A stretch of 64,000 nucleotides of DNA from a bacterium (GCA_043761585.1 JAYUNN010000011.1:12408-76407), one strand, 5' to 3'; counted from the first letter of the stretch, positions 1 through 9,856 are shown. Notes: generated from the sequence alone by a model not told the origin. Program-made: numbers and translations.

Positions 1-1
1 A

Positions 2-1012
2 GTCAAAAATGTAGATTATCCAGATTATGTTTTACCTTTAAAGTGCATACCTTTGCCCAAACGGATGCGCGCCGACATCCAAATTCCATTCAATTTCAAA
101 GACGAAGTCATTCAGTTTTTTAGAGAAAATGGCGTCAACCTAATCCATTCTCACGACACCTTTTTTGGTGGACTTGAGGCTAGTCAAATCGCTAAAGAGC
201 TAAATATTCCGTGCGTGCACACTTATCACACATTTATCGAGGCCTATCGCTCGGTCGATATCCCAGGCTACAAGCCTTTTATACGGGAGTTTTCCAGACA
301 AATTTGCAACAAATACGATCACGTCGTAGCGCTCTCAAGTAAAATTTTTCTGTATTTAAAAGAGCTCAAAATCACCAGCCCAATCTCACAATTTTTAAAT
401 GTTAGTAGTTTAGAGCATTTACAACCGCAAGAATTCGACGCTAGTTTTGGAATGCGTTACGGTATTGAAAAAGATGATTTTGTGGTAATTACTTTTGGGC
501 GAGTTTCTAAAGAAAAAGGCTTAGATAAGGCATTAGAAGCCATCACTCCGCTTTTAAAAACTCATCGAAATACCAAATATATCATTTGTGGCCAAGGTTC
601 CTACGCCAAAACTCTATCTAAAAAAGCTCTTAAGCTAGGTATTGCTGACCAAGTCATTTTTACAGGTAAATATAATCCAGAAAATTTAGCTCAGCTGTGT
701 AGCCTAGCCAAGTTCTTCCTGTTTACTTCTACCACTGAAAATTTACCAACTACACTGCTTGAGGCCATGTACTGCGGTCTTCCGGTAGTGGCGGTGGACG
801 ATGACAGTGTGGATTATATCTTAAAGCCGCGTCAAAACGGACTCAAAACCTCGATTGAAAAAATCAGTTATTTGTGTGGCGAACTATACTCAAACCCAGA
901 ACTTTTAAAAAATTTGAGCCAAGAAGCTGTTTTGTCAGCCAAAGAAGTGGCTAGCCGTGACATCGCCCAAGAATATGTGGAGCTTTATCGGGGAATTATA
1001 GAAAAATATTGA
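2..1012 (+). CDS. Glycosyltransferase family 4 (GT-B fold); 5' end lies upstream of the window
   Basis: Frame is open from nt 2 (no stop before the track's TTG at 53). C-terminal GT4 region FGRVSKEKG...TENLPTTLLEAMYCGLPVVA. Confidence 0.8.
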   Translation, partial: VKNVDYPDYVLPLKCIPLPKRMRADIQIPFNFKDEVIQFFRENGVNLIHSHDTFFGGLEASQIAKELNIPCVHTYHTFIEAYRSVDIPGYKPFIREFSRQICNKYDHVVALSSKIFLYLKELKITSPISQFLNVSSLEHLQPQEFDASFGMRYGIEKDDFVVITFGRVSKEKGLDKALEAITPLLKTHRNTKYIICGQGSYAKTLSKKALKLGIADQVIFTGKYNPENLAQLCSLAKFFLFTSTTENLPTTLLEAMYCGLPVVAVDDDSVDYILKPRQNGLKTSIEKISYLCGELYSNPELLKNLSQEAVLSAKEVASRDIAQEYVELYRGIIEKY

Positions 1013-1050
1013 ACACCGCTACATTTTCACCGAATTTTAACTATAGCAAT

Positions 1051-2214
1051 ATGATTTTTTTTAAAAAAATAAAACCGAGTTCTAAAACAATTATACTTGC
1101 TTTTTTGATCTTGTTGTTAACTATCGGTGGTTTATCTAGCTATTCTTTTTGGCAATCTCAGAAAAACGCACAATCCAATTTGGACACAGTAAGCACTCAA
1201 ATTAATCAGGAAAATTTAGCTTTAAGGTCAGAGCTTGAAAGTAAGACTCAGAGAATTCAAGAACTGGAGCAAAAAACTGAAAACGGATCACAAAGCGAAC
1301 CAGCAACCAAAGAACTAGATACCGACGAGGCTTTAAAATTGATTGAATCTCAGTCATTTGAAAAAATTGCAGGCTGGAATCCTGATTTTGTAAAAAATAC
1401 CACTGGCAAAAAACTAGCAATAATCGCTGATATTCCTGACAGTGTTTTAGTTAAAATCGGTGTACCGACTCAAGGTTTCGTATTTTCCAATAATATAGTT
1501 TACTGGGTAAATGAAAACAAGAATTCTGATCTGTATCCTAGTCTGTCTATGTATAACGGCTCTGAGGTGAATCAAATCCCCATTAAAGAAACTAACATGG
1601 TCTCAGCTAGTCCAATATTTAAAAATAAGTACATGTATATCTTTGATTGCAGTGGTTTTGACATGGGTTGTCGTGTCGGACGGGGTGTGATCATAGATTT
1701 GCAAAACAGCACCTTTTCACGCGCCACAAATTTGACTTTTGATTTCTTTCAAAAACTGCTACCAGAGGAAATGCGGGGTGACTCATTTTTAAATGACGAG
1801 TTTCAAATTTTATACAACAAAAAGATTTATGGTCGCTACAAAAATTCTGTGGTCAAATCTAATGGCGAGAAGTTTGAAATATTATTCAGGTCACTTTCCG
1901 TTGGTCAATATGCTAGCAAATTAGTATTGAATACCAGAAATAACCTAGTCTATATTGCTGTCTTCGATGCACGAACGTATTATGAAAATGATTCTGGCCC
2001 ATCTCCCTGTTTAATTAAAAATCAGTTTGCCGAACAAGATATAAATACTGGTGGTATGCTACAATTTACGACCACTTATAGCAGTATCAATGATACGGAA
2101 AATTGCCAATATCTGAGCGAGTCAGGAGACGCACCCGCAGATATTTTTAAAAATAAAGCTAAATATGAGCAAGAATATGAGCAAATTGAGTCAAAATTTA
2201 AAATAAAAATCTAA
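1051..2214 (+). CDS. Hypothetical membrane-anchored protein (N-terminal TM helix, coiled coil, globular C-terminal part)
   Basis: Long ORF. The first ATG is at 1051; the track start 1009 is a TTG overlapping the upstream stop. Hydrophobic segment TIILAFLILLLTIGGL. No family recognised. Confidence 0.6.
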   Translation: MIFFKKIKPSSKTIILAFLILLLTIGGLSSYSFWQSQKNAQSNLDTVSTQINQENLALRSELESKTQRIQELEQKTENGSQSEPATKELDTDEALKLIESQSFEKIAGWNPDFVKNTTGKKLAIIADIPDSVLVKIGVPTQGFVFSNNIVYWVNENKNSDLYPSLSMYNGSEVNQIPIKETNMVSASPIFKNKYMYIFDCSGFDMGCRVGRGVIIDLQNSTFSRATNLTFDFFQKLLPEEMRGDSFLNDEFQILYNKKIYGRYKNSVVKSNGEKFEILFRSLSVGQYASKLVLNTRNNLVYIAVFDARTYYENDSGPSPCLIKNQFAEQDINTGGMLQFTTTYSSINDTENCQYLSESGDAPADIFKNKAKYEQEYEQIESKFKIKI

Positions 2215-2442
2215 GCAAAAATACACCACTTACGTCACTGACTTAAAAAAGTCACACCTAAATTTCTTTTAGACCAAAGCCTTTATAAGGTTATCAAGCT
2301 ACTTTTTTAACCGCAGCCCAAACCAAACCAATAACTACAAACCTTATATTTATAGGCGATAGAGCTAACTCTAAAAATAAACCTACGATTCCGTAAAAGA
2401 GTCGGGTATTTCTGAGTTCAAAAAGTTAACCTTATAAATTAT

Positions 2443-2670
2443 AAAACAAGATACTTTTAGCAAAAAATTTAAGTGTTTTATTCTCCACTCCGTTAGGGCA
2501 TTTGGACTCCTTCACCCCACAAAACCTCGCTACGCTTAAACAGTTGTGGGGCTCATACGTTCCAAACGATGGTGTTTTTGGGGGAATAGGATGGGAAAGA
2601 GATAGGGGTGGTTTTGATATTTAGAGGTATTAATAAAATATCAATTTATATCAGCTATGATATAATGTAA
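2443..2670 (+). repeat. Family A structured element, copy A1 (candidate small-toxin mRNA / sRNA / MITE)
   Basis: Shares ordered blocks with 6 other copies: TTCTCCACTCCGTTAGGGCATTTGGACTCC, the helix CCCCACAA/TTGTGGGG, CTTAAACAGTTG, CCAAACGATGGTGTTTTTG, then a purine-rich run and a short hydrophobic frame (GTG 2608..TAA 2670). Confidence 0.7.
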
Positions 2671-2844
2671 GCATATTCACCAAAACCTAGCTGTAAATTT
2701 AAATATTTTAAAGCTAATTTGGAGGTGATAAATATTCTGTTTTGTGTTTAGGTGTAATAATCCCTAAGCTCCCCTACTTTTTGATGCTACAATCAAATTA
2801 CCTGGATAGGAAATCTTAAAACGGGAATAGTAAAACGTTTCACT

Positions 2845-3978
2845 TTAATCCCGCTTGCCCACGATATTTTCCCAGAGATTTTGCAGACCTGATTTAGCTT
2901 CTTTCATAATTCTGATTATTTCAGCTTCTTTATCGTTTTCAGCTTTAAAGATATCTACGATTTTCTCGTAAGCCAGCACGTACTGCTTAGCCATAGTTTG
3001 ATAATTAAAAAGCAATCTCGATCGCTGGGCAATATAATTTCGATCCATAGAAAAACAATCTTGGATTCGAGTGTAACCTTCGTCAAAATCCTCGACCAAA
3101 ACTCCTGTGCGATCTTCCTCAATCAGCTCTGGCATCGAACCACGTGAAATGGCCAAGCTCGGTGTCCCACAATAGGCCGCTTCCAAAATAGTCAACCCAA
3201 AAGGTTCTCTAAAACCAACTGGATGAAGATTGCATTTAGCTTTACTCAAAAGCTCAATTTTTTGATCCAAATCTAGCTCACCCAAATATTCAATTAGTGG
3301 ATTATCAAAATGTGGTTTACACTCCTTTTCAAAGTATTCTTTTCCGACAAAATCAATTTTTCCAGCTAATTTTAACTTCATATTTAGCTTTAAAGCTAGT
3401 TCGATAGCCTTATGAGGATTTTTTTCACGATCAAAACGACCTAAAAAACAAAGGTATTCCTCAGGTTCTTCAACTATCGGAAAAACTGATGGGTCCATAC
3501 CGTTATAGACTGTACCGATATAATTTAAATCAGGTAGAACTTCTTGTTGATTTTTGGAAATTGTAGCGTAGTAAAGATCTTTTCTAGCTTCAAAATACTC
3601 CATTTGGGGCAAAGTAATTGGCCCGTGCATAGTAGTTAGATTTGGAAAATCCTTGAGCGATGACAAATCAATGCCGTGTGAGTGAATCACATCGAAACGG
3701 CTCAAATTTTCTTTGACTAAATTTATGCAATTTTCAATCGCGTCATTGCGTAAAGTTTCTAATTCTCGATCTTTGAGATTGTCTTCTTGGTGGGAATAGG
3801 CTTTTTCACAAATTGGAATTAGCTCACATTCAACCTTTGAATCACCCGAAGCGAAAAGTGTGACTTCGTGCCCCAGCTCCATCAAACCTTTGATTAAAAA
3901 ATATATAACTCGCTCAGTGCCACCGTATTTGGTAGGCGGAATCGGTAAGAATGGTGAAGCTAAAATGGCGATTTTCAT
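2845..3978 (-). CDS. Glycosyltransferase family 4
   Basis: N-terminus MKIAILASPFLPIPPTKYGGTERV and C-terminal EPFGLTILEAAYCGTPSLA are typical of GT4 (Glyco_trans_4 plus Glycos_transf_1). Confidence 0.85.
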   Translation of the reverse strand: MKIAILASPFLPIPPTKYGGTERVIYFLIKGLMELGHEVTLFASGDSKVECELIPICEKAYSHQEDNLKDRELETLRNDAIENCINLVKENLSRFDVIHSHGIDLSSLKDFPNLTTMHGPITLPQMEYFEARKDLYYATISKNQQEVLPDLNYIGTVYNGMDPSVFPIVEEPEEYLCFLGRFDREKNPHKAIELALKLNMKLKLAGKIDFVGKEYFEKECKPHFDNPLIEYLGELDLDQKIELLSKAKCNLHPVGFREPFGLTILEAAYCGTPSLAISRGSMPELIEEDRTGVLVEDFDEGYTRIQDCFSMDRNYIAQRSRLLFNYQTMAKQYVLAYEKIVDIFKAENDKEAEIIRIMKEAKSGLQNLWENIVGKRD

Positions 3979-4454
3979 AAGTATTGAATTATTGTTTTTA
4001 AAAACGAATTTGCTTTTATCACTTTTCTAAAAAACTTTGAATTAAACAAAGTCTGTTTCAATCCATATCACAAAAACACGTATTCGTCAAATCTCAAACC
4101 GTAGTGAATTTTAAAGTGACTTACTGCCAAACCCCTGAATTAAAGCCTTGGTTAAGAAAAAATCCACCAAATTTATGGCGCTTAATTGATTGTGATTGAA
4201 ATATTTTCATAACCAGCAACTTGTATCAAAATAGCTTCGATGAATTCTGTTTTATCAGGGATTTGGTCGAATATTTTTTAGGACTTTTACCCAAAAAAGT
4301 ATTTGAAATTTTGCCACTAATAGTGTTTCGATTTTGTCGCAGCAAAGTAAAATTATATCATCTGTGATGTAAACCCAAACAATAAAATTGAAAATATTTT
4401 TTCTAATACCTTGAGAACGGCTAGTTTGAAACGAATCAACTTGAGCAAACTAAA

Positions 4455-5657
4455 TTATTCTACCACAATAGACTTAGCATCTTTTTTATGAGCGGTTTCT
4501 AGTCGTTTGTTTAGAGCACGGTCTAAGGCTAGATCTACTTCGACAGCAAAACCTTCCTTGATATATTTATCCATTTCGGTAGTGTAGCACTTAGTTAAAG
4601 TGGCTTCGGTAGCTGGAATCAAAACCAATTTGGGCTTCAAGCCAAATTCTGCGGGCATCAAACCATGAGTTTCCAAAAAGTCAGTAAAAGGTACCTGTCC
4701 GGCCCCAAAACCAACCGCTGCCATTTCTTTGCCATATAAATCGAGTAGATTGTCGTAGCGACCGCCGCCAAAAAGTGAGCGAGGATTGACTGGATCAGTG
4801 TCGTATGCCTCAAATACAATTCCAGTATAGTAGGCTAAACCTCGCACTATAGTCGGACTAAACTCAATGGAAAATTTATTTTGGGTTACATTCTTAATCT
4901 CGTTGAAAACTCTAGCAAACTCAGGGAACTCGTCGTCGATAATATCTTCAAGCAGCTCGGTTTCTCGATCCATGCCTTCGATCAAGCACGCGATTTGATT
5001 TTTACCTTTTTCACCAATTAATTCTTCCAAAGCTTTCAAGCTCTTGCTTTCATCGATTTTACGCCAGTTATCTAAAAGTTTATAAACCTCAGGTTTTTGC
5101 TCGTCGGTAACGTTAATTTCACGCAAAAAGGAATCCAAAACTCCGCGATGATTGTAATAAATAGTAAAGTCTTTTTTGCTCGCTCCGAAATCTAAAAACA
5201 TTTCACCGCACATTTTTAGCATTTCCATATCTGACCAACCGTCTGTGGCACCAATCATATCCACATTTAACTGCCAAAATTCTCGACGTCTACCACGCTG
5301 AGGTTGCTCGTATCTAAAGCAATTTGGAATTGAAAACCAGCGAAGCGGAAATTTTAAACCACCTTGGTTGTCGGCCACCATTCTAGCTAGAGATGGCGTT
5401 TGCTCAGGGCGAAGCGCAATTAAACGATTACTTTTGTCTTCAAAAGAATACAACTGCTTTGAACCAAGCTCATCGCCACTTTTGATTTTATAAACCTCGG
5501 CTGACTCAATCACACTAGTTTCGTACTCTTCGTAGCCACGACTAGAGAAAAAACTGCGCCATTTTTCAAAAATGTAGTTTCGCTTGGCTAGTTCTAGAGG
5601 CAAAAAATCTGTGGTGCCTTTATAAGGTTGTGTGGAAAGTGTAGTGGACGCAGACAT
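4455..5657 (-). CDS. hisS: Histidine--tRNA ligase
   Basis: Class II HisRS motifs: LRPEQTPSLARM, FRYEQPQRGRRREFWQLNVDMIG, GGGRYDNL. Confidence 0.93.
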   Translation of the reverse strand: MSASTTLSTQPYKGTTDFLPLELAKRNYIFEKWRSFFSSRGYEEYETSVIESAEVYKIKSGDELGSKQLYSFEDKSNRLIALRPEQTPSLARMVADNQGGLKFPLRWFSIPNCFRYEQPQRGRRREFWQLNVDMIGATDGWSDMEMLKMCGEMFLDFGASKKDFTIYYNHRGVLDSFLREINVTDEQKPEVYKLLDNWRKIDESKSLKALEELIGEKGKNQIACLIEGMDRETELLEDIIDDEFPEFARVFNEIKNVTQNKFSIEFSPTIVRGLAYYTGIVFEAYDTDPVNPRSLFGGGRYDNLLDLYGKEMAAVGFGAGQVPFTDFLETHGLMPAEFGLKPKLVLIPATEATLTKCYTTEMDKYIKEGFAVEVDLALDRALNKRLETAHKKDAKSIVVE

Positions 5658-5689
5658 AATGTTGATATTTATTAGTATTATTAGTGATT

Positions 5690-5788
5690 GAGTACCTCAC
5701 AGTTAGTGGCAAAACCAACAAGCTTGGTAAACGGGACGGACTGTTGCGCTCGGAAATACCTTATAGCTTGCTGCAAGGAAGCTTATTT
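5690..5788 (-). repeat. Family B element, copy B3, in the hisS 5' leader (sense orientation)
   Basis: The minus strand reads AAATAAGCTTCCTTGCAGCAAGCTATAAGGTATTTCC...GTTTACCAAGCTTGTT...GTGAGGTACTC, which aligns with B1 and B2. It ends 32 nt before the hisS ATG. Confidence 0.65.
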
Positions 5789-6101
5789 TAAAATAAAATA
5801 ATTTTTGGTGGAAATTTATATAAAAAATGACTATCTTAAATTTTAAAAAGTCGTAAAAATTATATTAAAAATTACTTATATTCCTTTTAAACTAGCATAG
5901 ATAGGTAAAAGCTGTCAAGTTTAAAATTACAATTTTCAAAAAAATTCTCAAAAGCTGAATTACTTTTTTAAAGCTAAATTTTGTAAAAGTTTTAGAGGAC
6001 TAAAATCATTTGTAAGTAGTACTTGACGAAAGTCCTAAAAATTAGCCAGTATTCTTATTATTGAAAGATTATTATAAGTTTTAAGAAAAGCCAGTTTTGT
6101 T

Positions 6102-7919
6102 ATGTTTACAGATTTTCGTCCTTTAAATAAGTCCTTTGCTGACCAAGTTATTACCGTAGGTGGTTTTGTACACACTATTCGCGACCACGGCGGTTTGATT
6201 TTTATCGACTTACGCAGCCAAACTGAACTGCTGCAATGCGTCGTCAACCCAGAACTAAACACCGAAGCTTTCAAAATAGCGGAATCTGTCCACTCAGAAT
6301 ATGTGCTAAAGATCACAGGAAAAGTCCTACTAAGAGAACCGGATGCGATCAATCCCAAACTCCCAACTGGTGAAATTGAAATTGAAATTCAGGATTTGGA
6401 GATAGTTTCTACAGCTAAACCCATGCCTTTTGATATCCACGCTGAAAATGGCAATCTAGCTGGTGAGGAAACCCGCCTAAAATACCGCTACCTAGATCTT
6501 CGCCGTGAAAAGCTCAAAAAGCTCATGACTCAAAAGCATAAATTGTTTCTAGCAGTGAGAAACTGGTTTGATAGCCAAGATTTTATTGAGGTAACCACTC
6601 CGATTTTAGCTAACTCTAGCCCCGAAGGTGCGCGAGATTTTTTGGTACCATCACGTATTCATCCAGGTAAATTTTATGCCTTGCCTCAGGCTCCGCAGCA
6701 GTTTAAGCAACTTTTAATGGTAGGCGGTTTTAATAAATATTTCCAGATTGCACCTTGTTTTAGAGACGAAGATCCGCGTGCTGATCGCCATCCAGGAGAT
6801 TTTTACCAGATTGATGCTGAGATCGCTTGGGCCGACCAAGAAAGTATTTTTGAGCTCTGTGAAAAACTAGCCCGAGAGTGCTTAGTCAAATTTAGCGAGA
6901 AAAAATTAGCCCAAGAGCAATTTGTTAGACTTCGCTACGACGACGCTATGGATATGTACGGCTCAGACAAGCCGGATTTACGATACGAGCTACCATGGCA
7001 AGATGCTAAAGTCGTATTTAAAAATAGTAGTTTCAAAGTCTTTGCTGATTTGTGTCTTGAGCCTCAAACTCGCGTCCAAGCTTTAGTGATTAAAGGTGCA
7101 GTCGATAAATTTAGTCGCTCGGATCTGGATCGTGTTCAAGACATCGGTCGCCAGTACGGCTTGCCAGGAATAGCCTATATTCAGTATTTTGAGAGCGGTG
7201 CCAAAAGTCCAATTTTCAAATTCTTTGGAGAAACTGAGGAAATTATCGAAGCAAAAAAAGCTGAATTACAACAACATTTTGGTCTTGAAACTGGTGATTT
7301 AGTTTTATTTATCGCCAACCCTGATAAAAATATCGTCCATAAAGCTCAAAATCAAATGCGCCAACATATTGCTAAGCATCTTGATATTATTGATAAAAAC
7401 TTACTAAAGTTTGTGTGGATTACAGATTTTCCATTTTATGAAAAAGACGACAAGACTCAAAAGATCGACTTTGGCCACAATCCTTTTGGTGTCTGGAAGC
7501 CAGATACTGGTAAAAGTGCCTTAGAAACTCTGCGCACTGCAATTGAGGCTGAAACTTTGTTGGATCTGCGAGCTGTTCAGTATGATTTGACTCTAAATGG
7601 CTATGAAGTCCTAAGTGGTGGGGTGCGAAATAGCAATCCAGAAGCCTTACTAGCAGCATTTAAAGTAGTCGGCTACACAGAAGAAGAGGTGCGCAGTAAA
7701 TTTAAACATATGATGGAAGCTTATGAGTTTGGAGCACCGCCACACGCAGGTTTTGCTTGGGGATTAGAGCGAATTTTTATGATTTTAGCCGAGGAAGACA
7801 ATATCCGCGAAATTATCGCCTTTCCAAAAAATGGCTCAGGTATGGACGTAATGACTAACAGCCCAAGTACTGTGAGTCCAAAATTGCTTAAAGAGCTGAG
7901 TATAAAGATTGTCGAGTAA
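6102..7919 (+). CDS. aspS: Aspartate--tRNA ligase (bacterial type, with GAD-like insertion)
   Basis: OB-fold N-terminus (GGFVHTIRDHGGLIFIDLR). Class II motifs FRDEDPRADRHPGDFYQID and GAPPHAGFAWGLERI. 605 aa. Confidence 0.93.
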   Translation: MFTDFRPLNKSFADQVITVGGFVHTIRDHGGLIFIDLRSQTELLQCVVNPELNTEAFKIAESVHSEYVLKITGKVLLREPDAINPKLPTGEIEIEIQDLEIVSTAKPMPFDIHAENGNLAGEETRLKYRYLDLRREKLKKLMTQKHKLFLAVRNWFDSQDFIEVTTPILANSSPEGARDFLVPSRIHPGKFYALPQAPQQFKQLLMVGGFNKYFQIAPCFRDEDPRADRHPGDFYQIDAEIAWADQESIFELCEKLARECLVKFSEKKLAQEQFVRLRYDDAMDMYGSDKPDLRYELPWQDAKVVFKNSSFKVFADLCLEPQTRVQALVIKGAVDKFSRSDLDRVQDIGRQYGLPGIAYIQYFESGAKSPIFKFFGETEEIIEAKKAELQQHFGLETGDLVLFIANPDKNIVHKAQNQMRQHIAKHLDIIDKNLLKFVWITDFPFYEKDDKTQKIDFGHNPFGVWKPDTGKSALETLRTAIEAETLLDLRAVQYDLTLNGYEVLSGGVRNSNPEALLAAFKVVGYTEEEVRSKFKHMMEAYEFGAPPHAGFAWGLERIFMILAEEDNIREIIAFPKNGSGMDVMTNSPSTVSPKLLKELSIKIVE

Positions 7920-8147
7920 AGTTTTGGGTAATATATATTATTACCGCTCAAAATTTCAACTAATCTGTGACCTTATATAGGCTGTCGATGCCAGAGAACT
8001 ATCTCTTTAAGTTATTTCATGACTGCGATTTTCTGAAATAGTGTGTGTCCGTGGTAAAGACTTGCTGTTACAAAAAAATAACGTGTTTTTTAGAGTAAGT
8101 TTTAGGGGCAAAAGTGGTTTCGTAGCCACTAATAATTATAGAAAAAT

Positions 8148-9107
8148 ATGCTATCTTCAAATAACCTTGATCAAAATATCGAGCATTACTGGCAAGCCAA
8201 CTTCCCCGAATCCCCACTTCAGACACTGGTCGAGTTTCCAGGTGGGCAATCGTCCAATCTCTGTTTTTTAATTAACTCCAGATATGTTTTAAAAATCTAT
8301 TTTGATACTATTAATTTTGAGAAAACTCTGAAATCTTTAATTCTTTTAGAAAAAACGGGCTTTACACCTAAAATTCTAAAAGCTAGCTTAAAAGGTGATT
8401 TAAAGAATCCTTTACGGGCTAATTGTATTTTGATGGAGTACATTTCTGGGCCAAATCTAGCAAAAAATCTGGCTAAATCTAGCGATCAGCAAAAATATAT
8501 TGTAGGTCAAGAAATCGCTCTGGTGATATATAAAATTCATAATTCAAAAATTTTACGCAATCAAACCTTCAACACTGCCAGTTTACTAGATTTAGCTAAG
8601 AAAAGGTTTAGAGCAATATCTGATGATAATCACTTACCGAGCGAGATCGCCAAATTTGCTAGTATTTTTTTAAGTCAATATCAAGTAAAAGATCTAGTTT
8701 TAGACTTGGTCTTAGTGCATGGCGATATCCACTTAGGAAACTTTATCCAGCATTTAAATCAGATTTATGCTATTGATTTTGATCTCAGCGATTTTGGACC
8801 ACGGTTTTTTGAAGCTAGGATTTTATTGCATCAAGTTTTTATGCCAGCAAATTTAGTGAGTCAAGACCTTGAAAATAGCTACCCAACTGGATCGATGCTG
8901 CCATTTTTAAAAGGAATTTTGAGTGTCTATGCCGAGATTTTACCGAAAGAATTTTTACCCGAAATCAAGCTAATTACGTTGACAGAAATATTACGATGCC
9001 TAGATTTTAGTGACCAGATAAATGATCAAGAAACCCGAGTTTTGCGGGCCCAATATATGTTTGATCAAATTTTTGTGCAAAATATTTTAGAGATAATTTT
9101 AGCTTAA
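8148..9107 (+). CDS. Aminoglycoside/choline-kinase-like phosphotransferase (APH family)
   Basis: Catalytic loop VLVHGDIHLGNFI and metal-binding IDFDLSDFG. Confidence 0.7.
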   Translation: MLSSNNLDQNIEHYWQANFPESPLQTLVEFPGGQSSNLCFLINSRYVLKIYFDTINFEKTLKSLILLEKTGFTPKILKASLKGDLKNPLRANCILMEYISGPNLAKNLAKSSDQQKYIVGQEIALVIYKIHNSKILRNQTFNTASLLDLAKKRFRAISDDNHLPSEIAKFASIFLSQYQVKDLVLDLVLVHGDIHLGNFIQHLNQIYAIDFDLSDFGPRFFEARILLHQVFMPANLVSQDLENSYPTGSMLPFLKGILSVYAEILPKEFLPEIKLITLTEILRCLDFSDQINDQETRVLRAQYMFDQIFVQNILEIILA

Positions 9108-9201
9108 TTTGAATTTTAAAAAATTAAAACTTGATGTTTTTTGCAGGCTTGTGCTAGTTTTTTGGTATGCTGCTATTTTGCAGCTTTAAAACTTTTTTAC
9201 T

Positions 9202-9762
9202 ATGCCAGATTCCGACTCTCACCTAGACTTTAAAAAGCTCAGTCAAGAAGTAATCTTTAATAGTTATCGAAAAATCATTGAGAAAAGGTTTGCCATGCCA
9301 AATCAACAAGAAGGTGTTTTTGAAATCATGCATACCAATTACAGAACCGCAATTGTAGCGGCTTTTGATGCAAATGGTAATTTGGTTTTGGTGCGCCAAT
9401 ATCGACCTGGCCCAGAAAAAATCCTAATTGAGCTACCATCTGGAATGATCGAAGAAGGTGAAAATGATCTCGAAGGTGCTCGGCGAGAACTGCTGGAAGA
9501 AACAGGATATATCACAGATGATATAATAGAAATCGGTAATTTTTATGGTGGAGCTTATAGTGATGGCGTATTTATAGTCTTTTTAGCTAGAAACTGTGTC
9601 AAAATAAGCAATCAAGAGCTGGATCAAACTGAATTTATCGATGTACTGACTTGGAGTCAAGCTGAATTTGAAAAATACTATGGCTCAAATAGATCTAATG
9701 GTCAAAATTTATTAGGATATTTTTTAGCTAAACCATTTTTTGAAGCGGTCATAAAATCATAG
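9202..9762 (+). CDS. NUDIX hydrolase (ADP-ribose pyrophosphatase-like)
   Basis: Nudix box GMIEEGENDLEGARRELLEETGY. Confidence 0.85.
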   Translation: MPDSDSHLDFKKLSQEVIFNSYRKIIEKRFAMPNQQEGVFEIMHTNYRTAIVAAFDANGNLVLVRQYRPGPEKILIELPSGMIEEGENDLEGARRELLEETGYITDDIIEIGNFYGGAYSDGVFIVFLARNCVKISNQELDQTEFIDVLTWSQAEFEKYYGSNRSNGQNLLGYFLAKPFFEAVIKS

Positions 9763-9856
9763 AGCCTTGCACTACTTGGTCAAAAAGATCTGATTTGGTA
9801 AGTTATGATAGTGAAAAATGCTGTTTTATCTAAAACTTCAGTACCAAAATTAAATA

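Noticed and set aside
5658-5830. T-box riboswitch upstream of hisS. An aminoacyl-tRNA synthetase leader containing GTGAGGTAC, which resembles the T-box core GGUGGNACC.
   Set aside because: No AGAGA/GNUGGNA stem I features, no specifier-loop context and no terminator/antiterminator pair were found. The same sequence family occurs next to an IS and in unrelated intergenic regions in either orientation. It is treated as family B copy B3 instead. An Infernal scan with RF00230 would settle the question.
7927-7945. Hairpin GGTAATA-TATAT-TATTACC immediately after the aspS stop, considered as a terminator.
   Set aside because: The stem is short and almost entirely A/T, and it is followed by GCTCAAAATTTC rather than a T-tract. 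That is too weak to call.
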